Of a stretch of 48,870 nucleotides of DNA, positions 20,356-30,213 are shown piece after piece. Origin of the DNA: Candidatus Saccharimonadales bacterium (GTDB lineage: Bacteria; Patescibacteriota; Saccharimonadia; Saccharimonadales; JACDBH01); contig JBGSWE010000009.1 of the NCBI GenBank assembly GCA_041752595.1, forward strand, positions 1 to 48,870, in the 5' to 3' direction. Both the position numbers and the translations under genes were made by a program. The notes under the pieces were generated by a model. The model was not told where the DNA came from, did not search any database, and worked only from the letters and a program-made list of their open reading frames with translations. Within the stretch, counting starts at the first letter, position 1, and every line of letters begins with the position of its first letter.

Positions 20356-22125
20356 CTCTTCTTCTAAAAATCCGCCCGATTGATGCTTCCATAGGCTAGC
20401 ATATAAGCCTTTTTTGTTTAGTAATTGACTATGTGTTCCTTGTTCCTGTATACACCCATCACCGAGTACTATTATTCTGTCCATATTGCGCAAGGTGGAC
20501 AAGCGGTGAGCAATTGCAATTACGGTTTTTTCCTTCCATAGTTTTTCTAGTGCATCCTGAATAAGTACTTCGCTCTCACTGTCTAGTGCGCTCGTAGCTT
20601 CGTCTAGAATAAGTAAGGGTTTGTCATCCAAAAAGGCTCTAGCAATAGCAATCCTTTGTCTTTGGCCGGCAGATAGTTTAACACCTCTTTCACCCACAAG
20701 AGCATCATATCCCCCTTCGATTTTTGATATGAATTCATCTGCATTAGCTTTTATCGCTGCGTTAGTTATTTCTTGACGGCTAGTATTTCCCCCGGCAGCA
20801 TATGCAATATTATCCGCAACTGTGCGATGGAACAAGCTTGTATCTTGGGGAACATACGAAATAATGCTGGCAAGTTGAGTAGTTTTAATTGGGGCGCCGT
20901 CGACTATTATTTCTCCAAAATTTCCGTAGTATCCTAGCAGTATTTTTGTAATTGTTGTTTTACCGCTACCGCTCTTACCAACTATTCCAATTTTTTCATG
21001 CTTACGTATATCTAAATTTATACCTTTTAGAACAGGAACATCTTTCTTGTCTGGATATGCAAAAGAAAGGTTTCGAATATCTAAACGTTTTTCAAAACTT
21101 ATTCCTATTGCGTCACTTTCAGGCTTTGTAGTTGAAAAATCTAGCAAAGTTTTACCAAATAAATATTCGTGAGCTTCTTCTACTCTAGAACGTTTTAGGT
21201 TGAACTGTGAAAGTTGCCATATTACATCCCAAATAGTTGCAGAAAAAAGTAAGATTGTCGTTAGAATTGTTGCTAACTGAGCAATACTTAGCTGTCCTTC
21301 GATAAAAAGATAGACATTAAGCATGATGGTTAGAGGCCATATTACATTCCTGACAAAGAACGACATCGTACCCCAGAAAAATATAGACCAATAAAATGAT
21401 CTGCTGGCGGCGTTAAGGTTGGCTACTTGCTCTAGCTCAATATTTTCCGATTCGTAGGATTCTTTTTGAAAAGATTTTACATTTACAAAATTAGCGATAG
21501 CATCAAATACCTTGCCATTTTTTGTAGACATAACATCTGCCGATATATGTTCGTACTTAAGACTATTTTTTACTGTTTTGCGACCTATCAATAACATTAA
21601 GCAAAGGCTTACAACAAAAATAGCCGTAGTTTGCCAATTGATAGTAGCGAATATTAATAGAATAGCTACTAAGTTCACAACCTGACTAATATAGTTGTAA
21701 AACACAGATTCCAGCAATCCGCGCATCTCGAGACTGATAGTTCCGATATAGGATGATATTTTACCGGTAAACTTATTTACAAAATAAGGATACGGTTTTG
21801 AAATGATTTTCCTAAAGAGTTGATTTTCATATAGATAAGAGACTGGGAGCAAATATTTTTTGAATGCTAATTCGCCAGCACGCCAAGTTAAATCGTGTCC
21901 AGTACTACAAATAATTAAAATTATTACAAGTAATATTGCTTGATTTTCGTTAACTGGTTGAGTAGCTAGGACGCCAACAAGCATACCTATAAACACAGGT
22001 AGTACCGCAAGTAATATATTTGCAACTAAGAACACCAACCCCACAAAAAGCATCTGCTTTTTATAAGAAGTTGAAAACTTAGAAAAAGATCGAAGGGCGA
22101 ACCCAGATTTATGAATTTTTTTCAT
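20353..22125 (-). CDS. ABC exporter, fused permease/ATP-binding (MdlB/MsbA-like); start 22125 or 22134
   Basis: TM domain plus GKSGSGKTT, LSAGQRQRIAIARA, LDEATSALDSESE, IAHRLST. Confidence 0.93.
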   Translation of the reverse strand: MKKIHKSGFALRSFSKFSTSYKKQMLFVGLVFLVANILLAVLPVFIGMLVGVLATQPVNENQAILLVIILIICSTGHDLTWRAGELAFKKYLLPVSYLYENQLFRKIISKPYPYFVNKFTGKISSYIGTISLEMRGLLESVFYNYISQVVNLVAILLIFATINWQTTAIFVVSLCLMLLIGRKTVKNSLKYEHISADVMSTKNGKVFDAIANFVNVKSFQKESYESENIELEQVANLNAASRSFYWSIFFWGTMSFFVRNVIWPLTIMLNVYLFIEGQLSIAQLATILTTILLFSATIWDVIWQLSQFNLKRSRVEEAHEYLFGKTLLDFSTTKPESDAIGISFEKRLDIRNLSFAYPDKKDVPVLKGINLDIRKHEKIGIVGKSGSGKTTITKILLGYYGNFGEIIVDGAPIKTTQLASIISYVPQDTSLFHRTVADNIAYAAGGNTSRQEITNAAIKANADEFISKIEGGYDALVGERGVKLSAGQRQRIAIARAFLDDKPLLILDEATSALDSESEVLIQDALEKLWKEKTVIAIAHRLSTLRNMDRIIVLGDGCIQEQGTHSQLLNKKGLYASLWKHQSGGFLEEE

Positions 22126-22237
22126 GGTCGTCATCTCCTTGATAGACGCCTAAATTTAATGAAAATTAATAGAAATTTTGTTTATTTTTTTGTTTTATTA
22201 TTTTTTGCCGCCTCGTTAGTAATAAATAGTTATTAAT

Positions 22238-22288
22238 AGTATAGCCTAACCATATGCGCGTGACAAGCAGTAATTTTTATTTTATACT
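22238..22288. promoter_or_regulatory. Back-to-back divergent promoters with overlapping -35 elements
   Basis: Minus: TTGTCA (22266-22261)-17-TATACT (22243-22238). Plus: GTGACA (22260-22265)-17-TATACT (22283-22288). Confidence 0.55.
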
Positions 22289-22297
22289 AATATATTG

Positions 22298-23161
22298 ATG
22301 GAAAAGATTATTTTATTCTACAAATTCGTTCCAATAACAGATCCAACAACTGTTATGTATTGGCAACGTGCACTGTGTGAAAAGTTAAATCTAAAGGGTA
22401 GGATAATAATTAGTCCACACGGAATTAACGGAACGCTTGGTGGTGATCTAAAATCCCTTAAATATTACACCAGAGAAATGAAGTCCCATCCTAAATTTGA
22501 AAACATTACCTATAAATGGAGCACAGGGGGAACAGAGCACTTCCCCAAGCTAAAAGTAAAAGTTAAAACAGAAATCGTTGCATTTGACGCTGCGGACGAA
22601 ATTATAGTTGGAGAAAACGGTATAGAGAACGGTGGAAAACATCTTAAGCCCCAACAACTCCATAAATTAGTACAGGAACGCGGTGATGAAGTTTTGTTTT
22701 ATGATGGACGTAACATGTATGAAGCTCAAATAGGGCGTTTCAAAAATGCAATTATACCCAAAGTTGTTACTAGTAAAGACTTCAAAGAAGATTTAGAAAA
22801 TGGAGAAATATCAAAATACAAAGATAAGCCCATTGTTACGTATTGCACGGGTGGTATTCGCTGCGAAATATTAAGTGCGATGATGATAAATCGTGGATTC
22901 AATGAGGTATATCAGATGGACGGCGGCATCGTAAAATACGGCGAAAAATTTGGTGATGATGGTATGTGGGAAGGTAAATTGTTTGTTTTTGATGATCGTA
23001 TGAAAATAGGGTTTTCTGACAAATCAAAAGATATCGCGTCTTGTGAAAAATGTGGCGAGAAGACCAGTAATCAAATAAATTCAACAAACGTCAGACGTAG
23101 ACTTCATGTCATTTGTGAAGAATGCAAAGAAAAGAATACTAACAATCAACTTCAGCTATAA
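22298..23161 (+). CDS. trhO: Rhodanese-domain tRNA uridine(34) hydroxylase TrhO/YceA family
   Basis: GRII...GINGT, F.KLKVK, DGRNMYE..IGRF, YCTGGIRCE, W.GKLFVFDDR. Confidence 0.9.
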   Translation: MEKIILFYKFVPITDPTTVMYWQRALCEKLNLKGRIIISPHGINGTLGGDLKSLKYYTREMKSHPKFENITYKWSTGGTEHFPKLKVKVKTEIVAFDAADEIIVGENGIENGGKHLKPQQLHKLVQERGDEVLFYDGRNMYEAQIGRFKNAIIPKVVTSKDFKEDLENGEISKYKDKPIVTYCTGGIRCEILSAMMINRGFNEVYQMDGGIVKYGEKFGDDGMWEGKLFVFDDRMKIGFSDKSKDIASCEKCGEKTSNQINSTNVRRRLHVICEECKEKNTNNQLQL

Positions 23162-23363
23162 GATCTTCGTAGCTATCTGAACTTAATCGTATCAAATCGC
23201 TCAACCAGCCAGCTTGGGGTTCGTCTTCGCCAATTGCTAGTTCTCCAAGCGTTGCGCAAAAACTCCTAAGTGCAACTGAATCTCTTTGTTCATACAAAAA
23301 ATCTATATGTTGTTGATATGCGTCAATATGACGAGGCAAAACTGGTTTTCCAAAATTTAGCAT
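23139..23363 (-). CDS. Hypothetical protein (74 aa)
   Basis: Acidic small ORF with TTGCAT-17-TAAATA promoter-like element just upstream. Confidence 0.55.
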   Translation of the reverse strand: MLNFGKPVLPRHIDAYQQHIDFLYEQRDSVALRSFCATLGELAIGEDEPQAGWLSDLIRLSSDSYEDLIAEVDC

Positions 23364-23439
23364 GTTTTTATATTTACTCTATAAGTTTAGACAATGCAAG
23401 TGAATAGTTTTGAAAAAGGCACGTATTAGTATTTAGTAT

Positions 23440-23468
23440 TTGCATAATTATTTATAAAAGAGTAAAGT
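23440..23468 (+). promoter_or_regulatory. Candidate promoter of the accessory operon
   Basis: TTGCAT-17 nt-TAAAGT. Confidence 0.5.
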
Positions 23469-23496
23469 CAAAAGTGTCATAGAGGTGTTATATGCG

Positions 23497-23610
23497 ATGT
23501 CGTTGCTCGAACTTAGTTGCCTAGCGCAAAAAATAGTCGATCAAAAACGAAACAATCCTGCTTCGTATCTTTTTCTTGAGCCATTTTACTTTAGTGAGAG
23601 CGAAGCGTGA
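23497..23610 (+). CDS. Possible 37-aa leader ORF coupled to the next gene
   Basis: AGAGGTG at 23481-23487; MSLLELSCLAQKIVDQKRNNPASYLFLEPFYFSESEA; TGA overlaps the GTG at 23607. Confidence 0.4.
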   Translation: MSLLELSCLAQKIVDQKRNNPASYLFLEPFYFSESEA

Positions 23611-25100
23611 AAAGGGAGCAAATTACACCTCAAGAAACTCTTGATGAAATCGCAGACGAAATTCGACGAACTGTACGTAATAGCCGCGATCAACAAAGCA
23701 CCCCATATTATAGGCTTGCGGTCTGTGGGTTAATAGCTGGTACGGCTGTTGTAGGAGTATTGGGTAGATTTCATGAAGTTACTAATGAATCAGAAGGCGA
23801 TAGTGAACTTGTAGCAATCCAAGACAGGATGAGTGTTGTTATAAGTGAGCACCAGAAATATGTCTACACACATTATGAAGACGATCAGCCTGGACCAATT
23901 GGAAACCCACAATCTACAAGGGTAGGTATTTTTGAACAGCATATGGAGTATATTCCAGACGGGCTTTTCAAAATGACCGCAAAAGACGACGAAGATCTAG
24001 GATTTTTCGTTCTTATGGAAGAAACAGATGGCGTTACTACTACGCCATTTAAATACGATAAAATAATTTTTTCTGCAGCTAAACCTGAGCCATGCGATAT
24101 GGACACAGTGGATAATAAAATTGTAATTGATGAATATTGCACGCCCCTTGAAGACCCAGAGTCACGTGGTCTGGAATATAGCGATGGATGGCAAGGGGGG
24201 GCATTCTTTAACGATACGAATATTACAGCTCGAACAAGAAGGCTGCATGATATTAAGGTTGGAAATGAATGGTGTGAGCTTGCAATGGTTCATGGCTCAA
24301 CGGGCATAGGTGGGCCAATAACCGAAGTAGTGAATAACGGGACAACCAGTCAAGAGGGTGATTTAAATTTCAATATAAACAATCAGAACATTTCCCCTAG
24401 AAAAGTGTATCTAGGTGTTAGGAGATCAATAATCGCATCTACTAGAAGAGATGCGTCATTACAAACTGGCTTACCACTTACTAATGCCGTAGGAATGCCA
24501 ATCTTTTTAATGCAAGAAGAAGTAGCATTTCTGAAAAGGGTTGCAGAACAACAAGGCAAGCCAATAAAAGATATGACGCCTGCTGAATATAGGTCGGCGG
24601 TTGGACTGGCCAAGATAAGTCTTAGTCAGGAATTTTTCCCAGGAGAAATTGACCCAGGGCCAACACTTGCCATGGAATTGGTTGAGTATTCAGAGAAGGA
24701 TTCAGAAGTGTCGCATCCAGAAAACGATAACGGAGACAAAATTACCGAACAAAACCAATTAACCTATGAAGAAAATTATTATTGTTTGCCATTTACTGAC
24801 ATTGATTCTATTCGTGAGTCTGAGCGTCAATGGTGGCTCAAAGAACAGCTAGGTGAGCTTGACGGGCTACAGCCATTCGCTGCTGCTTATTTACCCGATC
24901 AGCTTGATCAAGAAATTGATTTTGCTGGCAAGGAGCCTGATATGACTGATTGGCCTGTACAGATTGTTAATCTTGATCCAGTTGAAGCCCAAGCAGTAAT
25001 TGATGATTTTATGGTAAAAGCTGGTCTAAAAGAAGCTGGAGATATAAATTCTCAACTAGTAACTTCAGGTAGATTACCTAACTTATTAGGAGAAGATTAA
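23607..25100 (+). CDS. Hypothetical N-terminally anchored acidic protein (497 aa)
   Basis: Hydrophobic LAVCGLIAGTAVVGVLG near the N-terminus; no family recognised. Confidence 0.8.
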   Translation: MKREQITPQETLDEIADEIRRTVRNSRDQQSTPYYRLAVCGLIAGTAVVGVLGRFHEVTNESEGDSELVAIQDRMSVVISEHQKYVYTHYEDDQPGPIGNPQSTRVGIFEQHMEYIPDGLFKMTAKDDEDLGFFVLMEETDGVTTTPFKYDKIIFSAAKPEPCDMDTVDNKIVIDEYCTPLEDPESRGLEYSDGWQGGAFFNDTNITARTRRLHDIKVGNEWCELAMVHGSTGIGGPITEVVNNGTTSQEGDLNFNINNQNISPRKVYLGVRRSIIASTRRDASLQTGLPLTNAVGMPIFLMQEEVAFLKRVAEQQGKPIKDMTPAEYRSAVGLAKISLSQEFFPGEIDPGPTLAMELVEYSEKDSEVSHPENDNGDKITEQNQLTYEENYYCLPFTDIDSIRESERQWWLKEQLGELDGLQPFAAAYLPDQLDQEIDFAGKEPDMTDWPVQIVNLDPVEAQAVIDDFMVKAGLKEAGDINSQLVTSGRLPNLLGED

Positions 25101-25101
25101 A

Positions 25102-26286
25102 ATGTCACGGACTCCAGGCGAATTTTATGAGGATACTAGGGACCGTTACGCCAGACCGCTTGCTTACTCCGCGCTAGCTACAGCAGCCCTAGTTGGACTA
25201 TGGGCTAATACTGATATTCCTATTGTGGAACCGGGTGCTAAATTAGTTGCAGAACAACCACTGCACTTAGTCGGCTTGGTTGCACCATGGGAAAATGACT
25301 ACAACATGAATGAAACAGTTCAGCAAAGCGGTAAATTGACGCTGGACACTTACCTAGGTTCTTTTGTTAACTACACGGAAGCAAGAACTAGCTTGAAGTC
25401 AGAATTACTAGGCGAGACAATTAGCGAATCAAAAACGGCCCGAGAAGGATTAATCGTAAGTAGAATTCGTTTTCCAGGCTTAGTCACTCTGGATTGGGAG
25501 GCTGATGATGAAGTTATGTATCTTTCTAGGTTCGAAGACGGCAAAGAAGTTGGTATTCCCTTAGACAAAGCATTATTTGAAATGCAACAACCAGAAACTG
25601 CAACAGTGCAAAACGGCGAATTTAAATGTAGTCGAGAAATTGAGGATATTGACTATACAGGCTGCATTGAAGCAGATACAGTAAGAGTTGGTTATTTCGC
25701 ATATTTTCCGTTGATTGGTGAAGACCAAGGCAATAATTTACAAATTGCCGGTGAGATATTATTTGATGAGTTTGGCAAAATTGAAGAATGCCATTTCGAT
25801 AACATTTTTATACCTGCTTTTAATGAAATATACGCCGCAAATGGTATTACAAAGCGAATAGATGGGCCTGATGCATATAATGAAGTTATGCGTACTTTTG
25901 TGCGATATTTCATCCGTGAAAAAATTTCAGAAAAAACCCCACCTCAGCGAGTATTCCTAAATATAACAGGCAACTATACGCCAACTCCATCAGTAATTGA
26001 ACGCATCCAGGATAGGGCAGAGGTTGTAGACTTTCCATTTCAACTTGGAGAGGATATGGAGCCAAATTATTGCGCCCAAACTTCAAACGGTTTAATTCCG
26101 ATAACAGTTGTAGGCGAGCAAAATTTAGATAATGCATTACTAAAGATCGCTATCGGAGGTTTAGAGCAAGTTCCTGAAGGTTTTAATATCCAAACTGGTG
26201 GCTTTGAAGATGGCAAGTTTAAGGCGGCTTCCTTAGAAACTGGTCTTGGGGATTTAGTAAAAACTAATGTATTGGGAGGTCGGTAG
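25102..26286 (+). CDS. Hypothetical N-terminally anchored protein (394 aa)
   Basis: AGGAG RBS; 1 nt after the upstream stop; TM PLAYSALATAALVGLW. Confidence 0.8.
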   Translation: MSRTPGEFYEDTRDRYARPLAYSALATAALVGLWANTDIPIVEPGAKLVAEQPLHLVGLVAPWENDYNMNETVQQSGKLTLDTYLGSFVNYTEARTSLKSELLGETISESKTAREGLIVSRIRFPGLVTLDWEADDEVMYLSRFEDGKEVGIPLDKALFEMQQPETATVQNGEFKCSREIEDIDYTGCIEADTVRVGYFAYFPLIGEDQGNNLQIAGEILFDEFGKIEECHFDNIFIPAFNEIYAANGITKRIDGPDAYNEVMRTFVRYFIREKISEKTPPQRVFLNITGNYTPTPSVIERIQDRAEVVDFPFQLGEDMEPNYCAQTSNGLIPITVVGEQNLDNALLKIAIGGLEQVPEGFNIQTGGFEDGKFKAASLETGLGDLVKTNVLGGR

Positions 26287-26287
26287 C

Positions 26288-27205
26288 ATGGCAAACTTAG
26301 ATGAAGTACGAGCTAGGTTTGAACAAAATCCAGTAGTTATCCCAGGTTTTGTTCCTGAATCAACTGAAGCTAGTTCACCTGATCAGCGAGAATTTATGGA
26401 TTCATTTAGCGGAGTAAGCACTACTGAAACTCCAGCAATTAGTACCGAGGCTCAGAGTCAAATAGATGCACTTGAGCAAAGAATAGAAAATCTACAAAAT
26501 GCATTTGTAGCTAGTGGTAACCCACAGGTAAGTCGTGCCGAAACGCTTGCATTAGCAGGCATGGCTAACTCGATTGCAAACAGCACTAGACGTGAACGTT
26601 TAAGCAAAGGTAAAATTGCTGCCATTGCAACAGTCGGTGCAGTCTTAGGTGCTGGTGGTATGTTCCTTTTACTTAAAGACGAGCTTAATGATTACGCGGC
26701 TGCAGCAAACTCATGCGAATTCCCACAACCAAACAACGGTACGCCTTTTATAGAAGACGAAAGCTCTCAAAGCGCTTCCGCATCACCAACTACAGTCGCT
26801 GTTCCACCATCAAATCGAAATGCAGTAACTAATGGCAGTCCAGGAGAAGTCATATCCCCAACAATTGCAGGCAATTTACTATTAGAGGGCGCTGCACCTG
26901 CAATACAAGAATTTAGTGACGGTAGTTTTGTAGAAAGCCAAACAACTTTTCAGTGGAAAACACTTACAGTTAATGAAAGTCACGACAATTATGTTATACA
27001 GCTGCTACAACAAGCTCCAGCTGGTTTTGTTGCAGACTCACGAATGCAAAGATATATAGCTGAAGGAGATTATACGAAAGAGGAGCTATTGCAGTTCCTG
27101 GTTGTAAATAATGCAGTAGATCCAAATGTTTCTTCGGCATTTATTAAACTCGTTGGCTCAGATTCTGAACAGCTAACAGAAATTGTTGTAGGGAGTCAGT
27201 TATGA
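26288..27205 (+). CDS. Hypothetical single-TM protein with short coiled coil
   Basis: GGAGGT RBS before ATG 26288; QIDALEQRIENLQ; TM IAAIATVGAVLGAGGMFLLL. Confidence 0.8.
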   Translation: MANLDEVRARFEQNPVVIPGFVPESTEASSPDQREFMDSFSGVSTTETPAISTEAQSQIDALEQRIENLQNAFVASGNPQVSRAETLALAGMANSIANSTRRERLSKGKIAAIATVGAVLGAGGMFLLLKDELNDYAAAANSCEFPQPNNGTPFIEDESSQSASASPTTVAVPPSNRNAVTNGSPGEVISPTIAGNLLLEGAAPAIQEFSDGSFVESQTTFQWKTLTVNESHDNYVIQLLQQAPAGFVADSRMQRYIAEGDYTKEELLQFLVVNNAVDPNVSSAFIKLVGSDSEQLTEIVVGSQL

Positions 27206-30096
27206 ACCGCGAAGAATTAAGCTTTTTTGAAAAATCTTTGATTGCTGTTCCGGCAGTTGTCATACCAGCTGTACTATTCTTTAGCCAAGAAACGCAAGCC
27301 GCCCCAGAAGAAACACAAGATAGTTCACCTGAAACACAAGCTAAACAACCTCAAGAGGCCGCACTAGTTGAGGCAGAACCTCAAAAACCCAAAGATAACA
27401 CTACACTCACAGTAACGGGAGGTGAAACTAATAATGGTATTGCTGAACGCTATGGATTACCTGTCGAATCTGTACGGCGCGCAAGTGGTTCAGATAGGCT
27501 TGTTGCTGGACAGCAGATTGTGCTTTCGCGACCTGCTGAAACTCCTGCACCAGATGTTGATGAGCCAGAAGAAGATAGCTCAAACAATTTTGAAGTAACT
27601 ACACCTGCAATTCCAAGTCCATCAACTCCTAACAATATCCCAACAACTGAACAGGGTCCCGTAGAGCCTGCACCAGTAGTAAACACAACAGTAACAACCA
27701 CCCCTGAAGTTAGTAATTCTAACGTACAAATAGTTCCAGCAACCAACACTCAACCAACCTTTATAAGCATGCCTTCTATATCCCATACACCTGCAACACC
27801 CGAACAGGCAGAGCCAGATAGCCTAGATTCTAATCAGGCTTCTGCGCAAAATAACGTTGAGTCTATAGTTGCACCGTCAGCAGAAACGGTCGAGATGTCA
27901 AATGCAGTACTTTCTGAAAACCCAGCCGCAAACGCGTACTTTTCACCACCCCCTCAGTTTACCCAATCTTCTAGCGGTCGTAACTTTGTGGCTCCTCGAG
28001 CAAGTAGAAATGACAATTTTATAAGTAGTTTTGCAAACAGTGCAATTAATTTACTTGATGTAGAAAAACTTGAAGATAGCCCAACTCAAGAGACAGCTTC
28101 ACGACAAACCGGTGGTAATCAGCCTTTTGAAGTAATAACAGATGTTCCAACGCGTATTTCGTTTGAAGATGGTGGTTTGACTATTGAAGTTTTGGCTAAC
28201 TCAAATAGCAATTCAAGCCAAAGTGCGCCAAACGGTTCATCAGCTACGCCGACGGTTAACCAAACAACACCAGAATCAGATCCAGTAATTACTATGCCCG
28301 GTGATAGAACAACTACTTCACAGCCAGGTAACATTCCACCACTAACCATAGATCCAGGTGCAATACCTGGTGAATCAACTACGCAGCCAGAAAATAGCTC
28401 AAACAATTCATCTGCTCCACGAAAACAATTAGCCGAGGCGGTAGTAGTAGATTTTCAGGCGGGTGGTAAGCCGGATATAACACCTCTTTATCAAAGTATA
28501 GTTCAAGATCCTACATACAGGGCTCAACCCGAAGGATATTATTTTATGCCACAACCATTAGTTGTTGATGGTGTACCAGAATACTTGTTTAGTAATGGAA
28601 CAAATCGTAGCGAACAACGTGCAAATCCGGAATTAATTGCTGTAAGCTTGGCCGTTACTGAATTTGCTTCTAATCTAAACGGTCCTGAATTCGTTACTGA
28701 GGTAGGTGATTTGAACTCTCTCTATCACAAAGAACATGACGGTGAAAAACCTGCAATAGATCTTAGAAGCCGTGGCATGCAAGACCCCGAAGGCTCAAAT
28801 AATGGCCCTTTGTTTGTAGAAACTAGTCCAAATAGAGACCTGCAAAAACAGTATGCGATGTTGCAGTATTTGCGCAGACTACATATTAACGGCGTACCTG
28901 CCGTTAAGTATGTTATGGGTTATTCTGACGAACTTCTCGAAAGAGCAAACGAAGATCCAGAAATGCGTCGTACCGAAGCTAGGAAAAAGAACTTCTTCTT
29001 ATCTGAAGCAGACCATCAGGAGCATTGGCACATCGCCCTAAATCCAGCAGCTTTCTCGAGGTTGCCGATAGCAGATACTGGTAGCTGTGGTGAGGCTTGT
29101 GGTGATAATTCACCAGGAATTACGACATACCAACAAGCAATTGAGCAAGCACAGCACGTTAGTGTATCTAGTGGCATACAAGGAATAAGTTATGTTGATC
29201 CAGCATCTGGAAATTTGTCTCCCAACAACGACCAACCTATCGAAGATTCTTTTCAACAAAATCCAACTACCGTTGTAGACGTTCAACCGGCTTTGGGTTC
29301 TTTTCTAAATCGACAAGTACTAACACAAGCCGAGTATTGGCTACAACAGCAAGCGATTAGTGCTGGGGTATTGCCAAGGGGTGTAGTTGAAATAAGTCCT
29401 GTAGTTGAAGCACCAGTCGCAGTATCTGCGCCAGAAGTTGTGACTACCGTTGAATCAACTACAGAAAATCGCTACGGTATGCCAGCAGAAGCTTTCGCGC
29501 TGTTAAGTCCCGAGGCCCAAAATTATCAAGTACGTACGCGCGCAGAAGTAGATGCTGCAGTAGAAGTCAATGGCTATCGAAGCGGTAATCTAGATGTAGA
29601 ACGTGCTTACGGGCCAGCAATTAGTTACAACGATATATATGTTTTAGAACGATTTGCTGGCCATAGTCCAATAGAGGCATTCTTATTCACTGGTATTGCT
29701 GGACGCGAGAGTAGTGCCCGTCCGGCCAGTGCTGGTGATTTTCATAACGGGCATGATGGTTCATATGGTTTGCATTCAATACTTACCTACAACGATAAAC
29801 CAAATCCGCTGCGCGACCCTACTACAAACCTAAGCCCTTGGAACAATACTCTCAATGCACGAGAAATGTATCTTCAGTCTGGCTTGAGCCCGTGGGAAAC
29901 TAAAGACATTAGTGAAATATCTGAAGAACAACTTTATGATGCAATCCGACTAGGGCACCGAAATAACGGCAGAGGTGAAGGCGCAAGCTTTGAGGAACAC
30001 TGTCGTAAAGCCGCCCAGCAAGCATATGCAGCGTATCTACAAATGGAGCCTCTTGTATCACAAGCATTGCAAGGGCAAGAGGTGTTAACAGCATGA
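27202..30096 (+). CDS. Secreted or anchored multi-domain cell-wall hydrolase: LysM + P/S/T/N linker + MepA-like Zn peptidase + lysozyme/SLT-like domain
   Basis: LysM-like TVTGGETNNGIAERYGL...LVAGQQIVL; VGDLN..HKEH......IDLR and HQEHWH; IAGRESS..P.....SYGL..I....P..N...A..MY...GLSPW. Confidence 0.8.
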   Translation: MNREELSFFEKSLIAVPAVVIPAVLFFSQETQAAPEETQDSSPETQAKQPQEAALVEAEPQKPKDNTTLTVTGGETNNGIAERYGLPVESVRRASGSDRLVAGQQIVLSRPAETPAPDVDEPEEDSSNNFEVTTPAIPSPSTPNNIPTTEQGPVEPAPVVNTTVTTTPEVSNSNVQIVPATNTQPTFISMPSISHTPATPEQAEPDSLDSNQASAQNNVESIVAPSAETVEMSNAVLSENPAANAYFSPPPQFTQSSSGRNFVAPRASRNDNFISSFANSAINLLDVEKLEDSPTQETASRQTGGNQPFEVITDVPTRISFEDGGLTIEVLANSNSNSSQSAPNGSSATPTVNQTTPESDPVITMPGDRTTTSQPGNIPPLTIDPGAIPGESTTQPENSSNNSSAPRKQLAEAVVVDFQAGGKPDITPLYQSIVQDPTYRAQPEGYYFMPQPLVVDGVPEYLFSNGTNRSEQRANPELIAVSLAVTEFASNLNGPEFVTEVGDLNSLYHKEHDGEKPAIDLRSRGMQDPEGSNNGPLFVETSPNRDLQKQYAMLQYLRRLHINGVPAVKYVMGYSDELLERANEDPEMRRTEARKKNFFLSEADHQEHWHIALNPAAFSRLPIADTGSCGEACGDNSPGITTYQQAIEQAQHVSVSSGIQGISYVDPASGNLSPNNDQPIEDSFQQNPTTVVDVQPALGSFLNRQVLTQAEYWLQQQAISAGVLPRGVVEISPVVEAPVAVSAPEVVTTVESTTENRYGMPAEAFALLSPEAQNYQVRTRAEVDAAVEVNGYRSGNLDVERAYGPAISYNDIYVLERFAGHSPIEAFLFTGIAGRESSARPASAGDFHNGHDGSYGLHSILTYNDKPNPLRDPTTNLSPWNNTLNAREMYLQSGLSPWETKDISEISEEQLYDAIRLGHRNNGRGEGASFEEHCRKAAQQAYAAYLQMEPLVSQALQGQEVLTA

Positions 30097-30213
30097 TTAG
30101 CAATTTAATTCATCATGGCATGTTCTACCTCGATGGATACGGGGAGGGGCGTATGCGGTGAGGAAAGACAACTACTTAAGTAAATTTAAATAATTGAAGG
30201 ATAGGATAAATAA

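Noticed and set aside
27530..28420. Low-complexity P/S/T/N region as a DNA repeat or DGR target
   Set aside because: No nucleotide-level repeats, template/variable repeat pair or reverse transcriptase seen; it is a protein linker.
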